64,000 nt of DNA from Curvularia clavata (taxonomy: Eukaryota). Made by a program: the position numbers and the translations under genes. The notes below the pieces were generated by a model. The model did no database searches. It saw only the letters and a program-made list of their open reading frames with translations, and was not told the DNA's origin. The stretch spans positions 4,154,001 to 4,218,000 of the forward strand of contig CP089276.1 of NCBI GenBank assembly GCA_023920165.1, written 5' to 3'. Positions within the stretch are counted from its first letter, which is position 1; every line of letters starts with the position of its first letter. Below are positions 52,100 through 64,000 of the stretch, piece by piece.

Positions 52100-53152
52100 T
52101 CAGCGCCGGTCATTCCATAGCCGGTCGATAATTTGGAAGACGGCGGTGACTATCTTCATGGTGTCCACATCCATGTGCTGACCGAAGCGTTGTTGCATTT
52201 TGTCAGGGTGCCAGCGTACTCGCTCAGCCTTTAGCAGTGCAACCGAGTCTTCTCGCCACAGCTTGGAGGCTCGCAAGAAGCGCTCGATCTCGTCCTTGGA
52301 TACATGCTTTGCCTGTCCAGACAATACAGGCCATGGGATGAGGTCGCGTGCTTTACTAGCTGCTTCGTCGCCTTGGTGCTGGCTGTTCTTCAGATTGTCC
52401 CACTTGGCCGTATAATTGTCCCACGCAGCCTCTGTTTCTCGAGCCTTCTTGCGCTCCTCGCCTCGACGCAGGCTTTCTTCCATACGACGCCGTATGCTTT
52501 CTCTTTCTGCTTCCTCATGTTCGATGTCCTCATCGAACTTCCTGCGTTGTGCCTTCTGCTTGTGACGGGCCCGCTCTTTTGCCTCGCGTTCCTCAAGAAT
52601 GTGTTGGTGACTCTTTTCCCACATTTTGGTGCGTACATAGTCTGCGTACTCCTCATCGGTCATCTGCTCAAGCTTTCCATTTGGACCCGGCCTTTCACGG
52701 GCGTATATGTGAACAGGCTGGCCATACACACCCTCCCAGTACTCCGCACCCTCGTCGTCTGCCAGCGCGTCAAACAAGGACTCGCGGAATGCATCTTCGC
52801 GCGCCATGCCTTGAGAACCGGCACCTGATTCCTCCAGGTTGTCGAACAAAGATTCGCGATGTCGATAGTCTGGGTCATAGTATGAGCCGTCTCGCGTGGA
52901 AGTGGTATGTCGGTCATGGTGGGTGCTTTGCTTGTGCCTGTGTTTGCGCCTTGAGTGCCGGTAGTTTCGGTGCTCATCTTGTTCTTGATCTGATTTCCGT
53001 CTCTTTCGGCTGTGCCTGTCTGCATCTTCTTCTCTGCTTTCGCTATCTTGGCGCCTGGAGCGACGTTTGGAGCCTGACTTGAAGTGGAACGGTGAAGCTT
53101 TGGCTTTGGCATAGAGGCCATCATCAGTCGCACAGCTAGCCTCCTCCGCCAT
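52100..53152 (-). CDS. Conserved nuclear protein, NFKBIL1-like C-terminus
   Basis: FRESLFDALADDEGA, MTDEEYADYVR, coiled coil, IPWP and RVRWHPDK motifs; likely start MAEEASC at 53152. Confidence 0.75.
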   Translation of the reverse strand: MAEEASCATDDGLYAKAKASPFHFKSGSKRRSRRQDSESREEDADRHSRKRRKSDQEQDEHRNYRHSRRKHRHKQSTHHDRHTTSTRDGSYYDPDYRHRESLFDNLEESGAGSQGMAREDAFRESLFDALADDEGAEYWEGVYGQPVHIYARERPGPNGKLEQMTDEEYADYVRTKMWEKSHQHILEEREAKERARHKQKAQRRKFDEDIEHEEAERESIRRRMEESLRRGEERKKARETEAAWDNYTAKWDNLKNSQHQGDEAASKARDLIPWPVLSGQAKHVSKDEIERFLRASKLWREDSVALLKAERVRWHPDKMQQRFGQHMDVDTMKIVTAVFQIIDRLWNDRR

Positions 53153-53368
53153 GGTGAGGACTGCGATGCTTGGATGACCAGTCGTCCATGGGCGACAAAT
53201 TGTTGGTGAGAGGGATGCGCGCAGCTTGCCCGCAACTGTGAATAGGAAAGGTTGAGTGCGGAGGAGGGACGGAGGTGCTGATGATCTCACTGGTGCGCTC
53301 AGGCCTTGGCATGCGACATCCCAGCTCGCGGCCGCGACTTGCTCCAACATCTAACAACAACACCCGTC

Positions 53369-54613
53369 ATGTCATTCAAGTTCGGGCTCAATGTAAAATC
53401 CAAGGGCGCCAACCTGCTTGCAAAAGCTGGGGCCAAGCCTGAACTCTCAAAGAAGAAGAAACCACTGTTTGACGATGAGGAAGACGACGTAAAAGGCAAG
53501 GCAAAGGCAGCGGATGGCGCCCAGGAGATTGGGGAGCTTACATTCGAGGATACGCTCACAGTCGCCTCATCGGAATCTTCCAAACCTGCTAAAGCAAAAC
53601 AAAAAAAAGGCCAGCCGCCTGCTCCTCCAAGCAAGAAACCGAAACCGAAAGAAGACGATCCTACCAACATTGGATACTCGGCCAGCGCCGCGGAAGCCGA
53701 GAAACGGGCGCAAGAAGCTTTGGAGGCTGATGCCACCATCTATGACTACGACGCCGCCTACGATGCCCTACATGCCCAAGATGCTGCAAAAGCGGCTGCC
53801 GACCGCGAAGACGCTGCCCAACGGAAACCCAAGTACATGGACGCGCTCTTTGAGGCTGCCGAGCAGCGAAAGAAGGACCAACTGCGCGCGCGTGATAAAC
53901 TTTTGCAACGCGAACGAGAGGCCGAGGGCGATGAATTCGCTGATAAGGAGAAGTTTGTGACTGGGGCATACAAAGCACAACAAGAAGAAACGCGTAAAGC
54001 CGAGGAAGAAGAGAAGAAAAGGCTTGAGGCTGAAGAAGACATGAAGAAGAAGTTCGGAATGCAAGGTTTTCATAAACAGATGCTCGCTGAGCAGGAGCGC
54101 AGACACCAGGAAGCCATGGAAGCCGCCGCACGCGCCCTCAAAGAAGGCGTTAAGCTACCGGTCGAGGAAGTAGAGAAGGAAAAGACAGATGCCGAAATTG
54201 CAGACGAGTTGCGCAAACAGGGCAAGAAGGTCATACTCAACGACGACGGCCAAGTGGCTGACCAGCGCCAACTTCTATCCGCAGGTCTCAATGTCATCGC
54301 AAAGCCCAAGCCTGTGTCTGCTGCTTCTTCCTCTTCCTCTGCCGCTCCAGCATCCAAGTACACGCCTCCTTCTTACGGAAATGCTAGCAAGGGCGGCCGG
54401 AATGCTCAAAGAGAGCGACAAACAGCCATGGTAGTAGAGCAGATTGAAGCAGCGAATAAGAGAAAAGCGGAAGAAGAGGCAGAGGAGCAGGCAAAGATCG
54501 AGCGGGCGAGGAAAAGCCAGAAGACGGAGAAAGACATCAGTAGTGCCAAGGAGAGGTACCTGCAGAGAAAGCGGGAAGCTGCAGCCGCAAAGGCAGCTGC
54601 GGCTGGAAAGTAG
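53369..54613 (+). CDS. Nuclear speckle splicing regulatory protein 1-like (CCDC55/DUF2040)
   Basis: DATIYDYDAAYD, RKPKYM, REREAEGDEFADKEKFVTGAYK, terminal SAKERYLQRK. Confidence 0.88.
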   Translation: MSFKFGLNVKSKGANLLAKAGAKPELSKKKKPLFDDEEDDVKGKAKAADGAQEIGELTFEDTLTVASSESSKPAKAKQKKGQPPAPPSKKPKPKEDDPTNIGYSASAAEAEKRAQEALEADATIYDYDAAYDALHAQDAAKAAADREDAAQRKPKYMDALFEAAEQRKKDQLRARDKLLQREREAEGDEFADKEKFVTGAYKAQQEETRKAEEEEKKRLEAEEDMKKKFGMQGFHKQMLAEQERRHQEAMEAAARALKEGVKLPVEEVEKEKTDAEIADELRKQGKKVILNDDGQVADQRQLLSAGLNVIAKPKPVSAASSSSSAAPASKYTPPSYGNASKGGRNAQRERQTAMVVEQIEAANKRKAEEEAEEQAKIERARKSQKTEKDISSAKERYLQRKREAAAAKAAAAGK

Positions 54614-56684
54614 ACGGAGAGACAGCAATGATACCCCCTTAACAGTTTCACCGCTGAGCGCAGAGCCAGAGTACAAGGCTGCTATTTTATTAACATTTCT
54701 ACACTTTCGTGCATATGATCATGCTAGCGTTCTATCTAGGTGCTTCTGCTACCGAGAAGCCATTTCATGTCGCTGTGGCAACTACAACAGTCTCTCTCGT
54801 GTGCGCTTCACACGCTTTGTTGTGAGCGAAGGGATCATGTCAGTGATGCCGCTGCGTGTCTCAATATGGCCAGTATGGGTTGGGTATGTAGCCTGAGCTA
54901 CCTGTTCAAATCAATCCAACACTCTTACACCCCACTTTGACACGCTTGTCCTCTACCCTCAATTTATCGCTACACAGCACGACTACGTCAGATAGCGCAG
55001 GTACTATCCCTAGACATCTTGTCCGTCGTCTCAACTGTACATTACCTCAGCGCTGAAATCCAATCCAGTTCAGAATTTCACTCTCGAGATGTTGACATCA
55101 TCAGGTCAGCTGATTATCGACTCCTATCAGGAGTCGTTTCGAAAAATGCCAGACCGCCCCTCAGGCCACCAAAGCTCAAAGGTCGGAAAAAAGACTTCGC
55201 AGTCAAAGCAGCGATTCTAAAGCAGGGCCTCGAGCTCCCAGTCTCCCATTCCCACATCTCGAACCAAAAGATTTGGTACAGATCTGGATAAACAATGGAC
55301 CACAGAACAACAACAAATTTCGGAAGTGGTACAAAAAGTTGTATTTGTTACCCTTCCGACACATCTACAGGTATCTGAAGCTTGGGTCGTTCCAGTCTCA
55401 CGAAGCCGAACCTGATGTCGTCGTTCGGCGGAAGATTCGAGGCTCTTGCTAAGTCTACAACATCCCAGGTTCCTTCATTTCCAACCCATAAACCCTGCGT
55501 GTTACAAAGACTAGTAGTGTATCAAATTCGACTGAGCGCTAAGAAGAGATTGAAAAATTGCTAGAAGGAGAGATGACCCATCTCTATGTTGACACGCCAG
55601 GTATGTGGCACTGCCAGGCCTACGCCTATTTGGTTAGGTATAGCGCCTTCGCAAGACTACTGTACTCAGTCTGATTCCCTATTTCTCCTAGCAATCATCC
55701 TTTTGCCGCTACCTTGGCGTTTTTGATCGTACTGTTTTGGGCCGTCTGGGCCACTGCATCATTCATGCGTGTTCGGATGGGATATGCCGCGATCGCGACT
55801 TGAAATAAGTCACCAAGTATACAGATATCTGATTCTGATAAAACGCTTAATCACGGGCAAAGTAGAGTAGAATCAAGATTAGGGTTCGGGTCAAGAGCGT
55901 CCCTGGTCCTCCGCCTGCAAGGTGCACTTCTATTTGCTATTTTATTGTTATGCCTTTCACTAACCATGATATAGTAGAGCAGCAGCTTATATGTGACGGC
56001 ATTCAATCCATAATGCGCGGCCTCGTTCACGCTCCCCTGTATGTCTGGTTGTGTCATGCGTATCTCAGTAACACTAACCAATCGTCTTCCTGGTTTGTTC
56101 ATTCTCTTAATATAAAGTATGTGTGTAATGAAACTCAGCAACGTGAAGCTAGCTGGTGTTCGAGGAACTGTGTCCACTAGTAGCCTCTACCGATAGCTCC
56201 TCTACTGTAGCAATCTTGAAAGCAGCGACGACAAAACCTATCTGGGAAAATATAGGGCTAGTAACTTTGCGAAAGGCTATAAAACCTTTTGTAGAGCCTC
56301 AAAACGATAAGAGAATGTGCACATATGCGAAATATTTTGGAGTGAGTAGCTGTGGTTTGCAAGGAATCTGGCATGAGATGGATGACACAAACAACATCGA
56401 GAGTGCGGATTCCTATTCTATGTCATACAGAGCAAAAGTGCAGTCTTAGCTAAATCGTCACCACAAGCAATTAGTATCAAACAGTACTAACTACATAGAT
56501 CTTAGTATAAACCTGCAACGCTACTGGTGCGTCGATTGGAGTAATTCTCACACATCACAGTGTGTAGCAATGGAAAGCCCAGAGTAGGAGGAGGTCAGGT
56601 CAAGCTCGTTTGTATGTACGATAAAAATATAGACAGAGAAGTTTAATATACCACTTGGGCTTACCAGATGCACGTTGGGCTTCT

Positions 56685-57699
56685 TTATACGACGGGCCAT
56701 CCGCTCGAGAAGTTGATCTTGTTGATACCAAACTTCTTCTGGCCGTCAGCATAGCCAATACGAGTGTCGACATAGTGGTAGTAGAGCACGGGGCCCATCT
56801 GGGGGTCGTAGTAAACACCTTGACCACCAGGGCCATAGACCCAGCCGTGAGACTCCAAGACAGTGGTGCCGCCGCCCTTGGTGCAGTCAACACCATTCTT
56901 GTCAACAAAGCCACCAGTGGCGCTGGTGGACCTGCAGACCTGGATCTTGTACTCCTGACCTGCGGCGGGCCTGTTGGTATCGAAACCACAGCACTTGCCG
57001 ACGGAGAAGAAGAGATAATGATACTTGCCGTTCAGAGCAATGAACGGGGCTTCCTGGGCATGTGTGCCTTCGGGCTTGAAGGCGATGTTGGTGACAGCCG
57101 AAGAGCTGGTCTTGAGTGGTGGGTTGGCCATGCCGATACTGAAAAGATCCTGCCAGAAAGATCCGAAGGACATGACGAACTTGGAGCCATCCCAGTAGAG
57201 GGCTCCGTCGATGGCATTGTAATTCTTGCCGCTGCTGGACTGGATGCCGGTGGCACCGTGGTCAGTCCAGGTGCTGAGGTCTTTGCTAGTTGCAACACCG
57301 ATGGCCGAGTTTTGGACACCAAAAGAGGAGACACTGTAGTAGAGATAGTAAGTGTCGCCGACCAGGGTCACATCGGGAGCCTCGGGAAGAGTTAGCATAT
57401 TGGCAGATGGTGTGGCGTGTCAGAGCAGAGCATACCCATAGGTCGTCTTTGCCAGCCAAGTTGATCTTGGATCCGGCTGGAATGGCAGCACCCTTGTACG
57501 TCCAGGGTCCGGTGATGGATGGGGCAGTGTGGATAGCGATCTTGCCGCCGGTCGAAAATCGGAAGTATGTACCATCAGCGCGACGGATCAAGGCGGGATC
57601 GTGAGCGTTGTTGCAGATTCCCGTGCATGCCATGGGGTCGGCATAGCCATAGACGGCTGTGGCTGCAGAAAGCAGCGAAGCAATGAAGGAGTAACGCAT
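56685..57699 (-). CDS. abnA: Endo-1,5-alpha-L-arabinanase, GH43, 2 exons (intron 57381-57435)
   Basis: Signal peptide; AHDP, LW/APD, YYSVS, NAID, FGSFW, QEAP, YGPGGQ. Confidence 0.93.
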
Positions 57700-59987
57700 C
57701 TCGGCAGCGGATCCTTACGAAAGAGACTGGTAAGGGGGATAGAGAGAGCGGGAAGCAGTACTAGCACCAAAGCAAAGCCTATATATACTACATGGACAGT
57801 CTCGTTCGTACCCATATAAACATGCGGGAGGATGGAAAGCGGGCCCTTGCGGACAATTTGGCATGAACTGCAAGTGGAGCCATAAGATTGGCCAGGCTGG
57901 CAGGGAGTGTTTTGTGAATGGTGGAAACGGCACAATGGACATTTGCATCTGAGACCTGCTACGGAGGATTTCGACCAGCACTATCGGGCTCCGCATGCCA
58001 AGGTGGGCCTGGATTGGAGAGGGATCGGCGTTTCACGTCGGGCAAGGCTGAGCGGGCTGTGAATGGCGGGCTGCATTGTCTTAGGTGAGATTTGATAGGC
58101 GCGGGCGCAGAAGGCTTCGCAAGGGCCTCGGGTTGAAATTGTGCCAGTGGTATGCTTGGTGTTCGGGTGAAACCCGCCCGGCCCAGGCTCGTGGTGAGGC
58201 AGTGGGCGAGTATGCCTCTAGACCCACTTGGCGCCTGCTAGTGGGCGGCCATGTCCTGCTTCTTCGAGCTCGGGACCGACACTCCTCCTATACCCAGTCC
58301 TTCATACAGGCCCGTCTTCCAGATAGTAATTGCTTTGTCCCTCGAGCACTCTCAGCCTTGCAACACCAACTGTCCATCGGCCGCAGCGGCGCCTGCGTAT
58401 ATCTTGCTTACACACGCTCGCAGTCATTATCCGTTGGGCCGGGTCCCCGTGGATTCGTGACAACAATAGCATCAAGTATACAGCCTTGCGATCCTCCTCG
58501 GAATGCTTTACGACGTCACGCCATAAGACCGTCTAGACCGGTGTCGCTACCACTGTCATCACAAATCCCTACCTTTTCCTCGGCAGTCTCGGCTTGATCC
58601 TGAAGAGCTCCCTTGAGCTAAGACGAGTCACTGGTGTGACATGAGCAGGTAGCGTGTGAATAATTGTAGTAACAATAACTCTATGCCCATGATTGCTGGG
58701 ACAGTACTGACCTGGTAGCTATGCTTTCCTCGATTGGCCGAAGGCCGCAAGTCATGGTCACTATTTGTAGCCTTCCCTTGGATATACAATGTGCATATGC
58801 TTATGTGAATGCTACTGGGTTTCTTCCAGCCGGGTAGGAAGATTCGACAAGTCTAGATATAAGCGGGGCTCACGATTACCGGACAGTCTAAACATAAAAA
58901 GATTTTAATGAGGCCAGTGTCCTAGAAATAGATACTGGGAAACCTAAGTACCTCTATTACAAGTATATCCCGCTGCAGCTTAGTTCAAATGACAGTATGC
59001 TACTACCATTTCCAGAGACACTAAACTACCAAATATAAGACAAGCGGTAGATTATTACTACATGTGCTAATATGACGTGTGAATTGCTTGCGTTTAAGTG
59101 CTGCCTATAGTTCTGGGCTAGTAGTGTATGCTGGTTGCCTAGAACAGGGACTGCTCGGAAATCAGCGGCAGCAGTGGCTTACCCTCACATGATTTCTGCA
59201 CTAGATGGAGCATTCGTGGCATACGCTTTACCGTTGACAGAAAACTCACGACGAATATATTTCCATTCAAATCCACATAGCACGAGCGCATAGAGGCTGC
59301 CAAAGTGTGCGAGCTATGGTACACGCACAAGCTGCCATGGCACGTACCACGCAAAGACTAAGGACATAGAAATCCATTTGATGTGAAGAATCAGCGAATT
59401 GACAATCTTTTTTTTTTTTGCACTCAAAGGTCACTTTGTGATACAGCTGCCAATTCGATCCCTGCTACTGTTCCCAAATACAGCATTCGCGCAAGGTCGC
59501 AACCTAGTTGCACACCCTTCTAATTCAGCGAATACGCCTTTAGCCCATCAAATCCACACTCTTAGGCTATACACATGCTCTTCTAAGAAATATTTGGCAA
59601 ATGATATAGCAAGACCGTATTACATGCCTGCTTGGCAAATGGCACAACCTTCACGCCTTGGAGTAATAGATAATGTTATTCGACAGTTGTACTGCCCTAG
59701 CTTCAACGAGAGCCTAGGACGAACATAAACCATCTGAGCGCATTGGAGTGGTCAGCGATTTAGCGTGCAAGGTATATCAGCATTCAGCCTTACGAAAGAA
59801 ATCATACGCATTCATAGTGCATTAGGCCATTCTGCGATCCAGCTCACTGGTTTTTCACATATAAATAACGATCCAAGCAATTTCTTACCGAGATTCTTCG
59901 TCTCGAGAGTTAAACGCGAAACGAATTATTATTATTATTCGAGGGAGTCAATGCGCCCCTAATACTCTACACTTAAAGAGGATCAGC

Positions 59988-61832
59988 TCACTTATTAAGC
60001 CTCTTCGCTCTTTCTGGATCTCTCCACCATGCACACTGCTCCATCCTGATTGCTACGCCTTCATCTTCCATTGTTGCACCGCCTTGTTCTGGAGGGTTAA
60101 CTACCAGCTGCTTACTCCCAGCGCCTTCATATTTCTCCCATACTGCTGCACCGCTCATACGGTACGTATTGGGATCTCCACTAACAACAAAACTCGCCCA
60201 GTAGGTGCTGTAAAGATCTGAGATTTCCGGGAATTGCGTGTTGGCCTGGCCATTGAAGTAGGCTGCATCGCTGGCATGAGGGATACCCCTATATGCTGGG
60301 GACCAATTGGGGGTGTTCCACCGCGCTTTATATACAGGGGCAGAGGCCGAAGAAAGGAGAACGGCAGTGTCTTGAACCGGACAAATGTATGAGTAGTCTC
60401 CGTACGCAGCTGATAGGCGCTCGAATTGATCCGATACATATGATAATGTGCCGACTTCAGTGTTTCCGCTGGGGTACAAGCTATCGAGATCAGCGAGATC
60501 CTCTGGTGTTAGGCCTGGAGTAAGTGTTTGCCAGAATCCAAGGTATTCGGTATCAGTGCGCAAATCCTGCGGAACAAAGGCTTTCCCTTCATCGGTAGTT
60601 GAGGTGATGAGGAGAGGAATTTTGAAAAATGTTCCATCTTCGCCAGACGTTGAGCCGCGCTTCTCAAAGAGAGGTCCCGGAGAAACAGGCTGCCAAGGCC
60701 ATGTGATATTGTAATTATGAGCGTTGTAGATTGAAGAGGAGATGAACTGGATATCATTGATTTCAGATGTTTGGAGACACTCGAGGGTTGCCGAGGTAGG
60801 CGATGCAGGGCAGTTGAGATAATCCAGGAAGTCTGCAACTTGGCGCTGATAAAGTGGATAGTCGACACCAGGGAAGGCGCGCGCAGTTGGCGAGCCGGAG
60901 GATATGGCAGCTTTGCTGAACAATGGTTTACCAGCATCCTCACCGTAGTTGTGGAATAGATGGATGCCCACGGAGTGCCCACCAGCACTCTGACCGCTCA
61001 GTGTAATCTGGTCCTTGTCGCCTCCAAAGTCGCCAATGTATTTGTGCAGGAATTCCAGTGCCATTTTTTGGTCGCGGATGCCCAGATTCAGAAGGCCCTC
61101 CTCTTCCATGAACTTCGCTGGTAGGGTGCCCAGTGCGCCAAGGCGATATTGCACAGTGACCACCATAAGAGGCTCCGTGCTCTTCTCAACAAACAAGGCA
61201 CCATCGAAGCTGCGGTGAGAGCCCGAAACAAATGAGCCACCATGCAAGAAAACCAAGGATGGCAGCTTTTTGTCCATGGGAACTCCAGACGGCCGGTACA
61301 CGTTGATGGTGAGGCAGGCCTCAGACTGTCCTAGTGAGCCATACAGGTTCTGGTAGCAAGCCGGTCCGTTAGATGTCGCATCCTTTGTCCCATCAAAGGG
61401 TTCAGGCCAGGTGACTGGTTTGAACCGGCCTTGTCCAACGGGTTGTGTAGAGTACTCGACATTCAGCCAAGCATCTACTGGTTGACTAAAAGTCATTGAC
61501 TTCTTCAGGTCCATCAGCAACTTGGTACCTTGAAAACTGCCATATCCCGGCAGACTGATAAGAAGGGATTGATCTGGCGTTTCATGGTCTGGAGGGCTGG
61601 GCCGTTGTGGCGTTCCAGGTTGTTGTGGTTGAGTTGGGGGATACGTTGGCCGGGCATAGGTGAACGCACCAAAATACCAAAAGAGAAACACGGTACTAGT
61701 TGAAAAGATCATGATGATGGCTAGCCTTCTCCTCAGCCATCCCAGGGAGAAACGGTTTGCTTTCATAGTGCCGTCTTCCTCCGGAACTACCGCTGGCGCT
61801 GGTACGGGTAATCCAGGTTCTCGGTCCGCCAT
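59988..61832 (-). CDS. Type-B carboxylesterase/lipase with N-terminal membrane segment, intronless
   Basis: SEACL, HGGSF, YRLGALG, GQSAG nucleophile, TDEG, PHASD. Confidence 0.92.
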   Translation of the reverse strand: MADREPGLPVPAPAVVPEEDGTMKANRFSLGWLRRRLAIIMIFSTSTVFLFWYFGAFTYARPTYPPTQPQQPGTPQRPSPPDHETPDQSLLISLPGYGSFQGTKLLMDLKKSMTFSQPVDAWLNVEYSTQPVGQGRFKPVTWPEPFDGTKDATSNGPACYQNLYGSLGQSEACLTINVYRPSGVPMDKKLPSLVFLHGGSFVSGSHRSFDGALFVEKSTEPLMVVTVQYRLGALGTLPAKFMEEEGLLNLGIRDQKMALEFLHKYIGDFGGDKDQITLSGQSAGGHSVGIHLFHNYGEDAGKPLFSKAAISSGSPTARAFPGVDYPLYQRQVADFLDYLNCPASPTSATLECLQTSEINDIQFISSSIYNAHNYNITWPWQPVSPGPLFEKRGSTSGEDGTFFKIPLLITSTTDEGKAFVPQDLRTDTEYLGFWQTLTPGLTPEDLADLDSLYPSGNTEVGTLSYVSDQFERLSAAYGDYSYICPVQDTAVLLSSASAPVYKARWNTPNWSPAYRGIPHASDAAYFNGQANTQFPEISDLYSTYWASFVVSGDPNTYRMSGAAVWEKYEGAGSKQLVVNPPEQGGATMEDEGVAIRMEQCAWWRDPERAKRLNK

Positions 61833-62605
61833 GTATGCCGAAGCACGCTACCGAGAGCGGATAGCGGAGATACTGCGGGGCTTTGGGCGCGGTGTAACTG
61901 CTCTTCAGGATAAACTACGGCCAGGTGACTCTTGTTTGCGCTAGTTGAGGCGGTGGGTAGTACAGGATAGGCAAGTCTGGTGTTGAAAGTTGAGGCGAGG
62001 CTTAGGGCCGACCCCCATGACGTTGCCGAGCCTTGTTAGCTCCGTCCACGAGTCAGCATCCGGGGTATGGAGAACCTTTTCGCGTGCTAGCATAGTCTTC
62101 AAGCCAGATACTTGGCGCAGAAAAGAAGATTTACCCATGCAACTCGCGGTAACGTAGGCCGAAAACAGGGACAGGTCTCCAAGTCTAGCAGACGTGTCAA
62201 AATAATGATGGCTGGGGTGGGTGCAACCATCCGAGTTTGCGCCAAGCCATTTTTTTTTTTTCCTCTACACGCTCTTCTTCACCGACACGTTGCATGGCCC
62301 AGGGTAAGGAAACAAATCTGCATTGGGAACGAAGAGCTTGTGCGGAGTAGGCGCGTGACCGTTTGTCCTGCAGGTGGAAAAGACTAGGCGGTCCCTGGCT
62401 GCTTGCACCCCGCAAAACTAGTTTATATCGCAATCATTAAAGTTCTATAGCGAGCGGCTGTTCTTCTGGAGCCGATAAGGCCCTTCGGAACCACTTGAAG
62501 CCATGCAGGGGTATTTCATTTTCGGGCTAATAGATGACGCTTAGAGAGTATGCTAGTGTCTGTCTCATACAGCCGTATCGTTAGGTTCTTGTGCCTTTGT
62601 CGCAT

Positions 62606-63337
62606 TCATTGTTCCAGCGCAGCAAATTCCATCTCAACAGCATCCGCCATCTCGGCCAGTGTATCAAATCTCCAATTGTAGACCGGATCGTCGCGGTTGC
62701 CCATGACTGCACCTGGCCTATAGATCCAGGAACTCTTAATGCCCATATCCTTGGCTGGATGGTGATCATGGTATTGAGACTGCGCCGTTTGAAGTACCTG
62801 GTGCTTTTCTACTCCAAATTCTTCCTTGACGTGGCTGAGCATGTACTCAAAGTTCCTGGGATCCGGCTTGTAAGATCCAATATCCTGGGCAGTATATACG
62901 GCATCGAACTTGTATCCCTTAAGTCCGTTTGCATTACCCCTCTTGAAAGAGTCGCGGTCCACGTTGGACAGGACAACCAATTTGTAAAACTTGGAAAGCC
63001 GCTCCAGCGCCGATGGAATATCGGGAAATCCAGGCCAATCTCCAATACTTGCTCCGAACCTCGTGCACTCTTCTTCGCTCGGCTTCTCCAATCCCAGTGA
63101 TTCGCATAGCTCAGGAAGTACCATTCCAAGGACCTCGGAGTACTTGAGTTGACCATGTTCCCTCTCAACACGGGCCTCGATCTTGTGCATGACTTGCATG
63201 ATGTGCTTACGGTCCATGTTCTCTTGACCAGATTTCTTAAAATGGGGCTGGAGTGCAGTTAATGCTCCAGCTTCCCAGTCTATCAGGGTGCCATAGACGT
63301 CAAATGACAGGAGCTTGAAGTCTGTGAGCTTGGCCAT
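62606..63337 (-). CDS. Haloacid dehalogenase type II (HAD superfamily), intronless
   Basis: FDVYGTLIDWE, LSNVD, SYKPD, AQSQYHDH. Confidence 0.92.
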   Translation of the reverse strand: MAKLTDFKLLSFDVYGTLIDWEAGALTALQPHFKKSGQENMDRKHIMQVMHKIEARVEREHGQLKYSEVLGMVLPELCESLGLEKPSEEECTRFGASIGDWPGFPDIPSALERLSKFYKLVVLSNVDRDSFKRGNANGLKGYKFDAVYTAQDIGSYKPDPRNFEYMLSHVKEEFGVEKHQVLQTAQSQYHDHHPAKDMGIKSSWIYRPGAVMGNRDDPVYNWRFDTLAEMADAVEMEFAALEQ

Positions 63338-64000
63338 ATTGGATAGTCTTGTTAGATGCCTCGTTGTAGAACGTTATATGTATAACAAGATGAGGCCGGT
63401 CAACTAGAGTAAATGCTGGTGCTTCAGAAAAGTTGTTGTGTGGTTGTACAACTGCGAGTGATGCGACAATAAGGATATATGTTTAGAGCTTCTTGGGATG
63501 ACCTACCCCTCTCGATACAATGACGTTGGATTGTGGGGTATCGCCGAGACAACGCGCCCTTCGAACTACATCTCGGATATTTTGTTCCCAACATAATATC
63601 GAATGGCTATAGCCGTTTGAGAAAGACGCGGTATACGCTTCGTGCGTGTAGATCATAGATTATGACGTGCCATCTGATTGGTACCAGACCGGATACCCTA
63701 GATACTGGTCGCATACCATCCAACAAATTTTGCTATGATTCATCAAGCCGTTGTAGAAACACGCATGATTGTCATTCGAAATCTCCGTGGAATGCGATAG
63801 CTTTGTGCGGTATTATGCCGCAAGATTGACTCGTTATTTGTCTCTAACTACGCACTAACAACATCGGCCTTCATCTCATACGGCAAGCTACCGAGCTTTG
63901 ACTCCAACACTTCTTTTGTCAATCTCCATAGATTTGACTGTAGCTTCTCATCCTTAGCCTGCTTTGAAGGCTCTTGCACCTTCTTATCAGGGACAATATA

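Noticed and set aside
56655..57395. 246-aa antisense ORF (and similar shadows over RRM, CBM21, GH11, BOL3 genes)
   Set aside because: Antisense shadows of codon-biased genes.
58600..59150. TA-rich stretch as RIP-mutated transposon remnant
   Set aside because: Bias is mild by eye and no element motif or termini found; needs RIP index calculation.

Overview
Eukaryotic genomic DNA from a filamentous ascomycete (short GT-AG introns with CTRAC branch points, Zn2Cys6 factor, FunK1 kinase relics; Dothideomycete/Pleosporales-like gene style is my inference). Conserved genes (ADE8, HAT1, ZIP9/ATX2, 2xRRM-RGG protein, TAH18, BOL3, CBM21 PP1 subunit, EBP-like, NSRP1-like) alternate with accessory-looking blocks. 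Block 1 (1-6400) holds the most striking gene: an intronless, stand-alone RelA/SpoT (alarmone synthetase)-domain protein with an altered EIQ motif and an unknown C-terminal half, next to an orphan ORF and a FunK1 kinase relic. Block 2 (16.7-31.1 kb) holds two tandem F-box paralogs, a secreted tyrosinase, a decayed hairpin, a second paralogous FunK1 pseudogene and a GFA/enoyl-reductase/Zn2Cys6 trio. Also present: a structured BOL3 intron (possible H/ACA snoRNA), a small secreted Cys-containing protein, an ~8.4 kb gene-free region upstream of the PP1 subunit, and GH11, GH43, carboxylesterase and HAD genes. No tRNA, rRNA, CRISPR or intact transposon was recognised. All calls are by eye from motifs; no searches were run.
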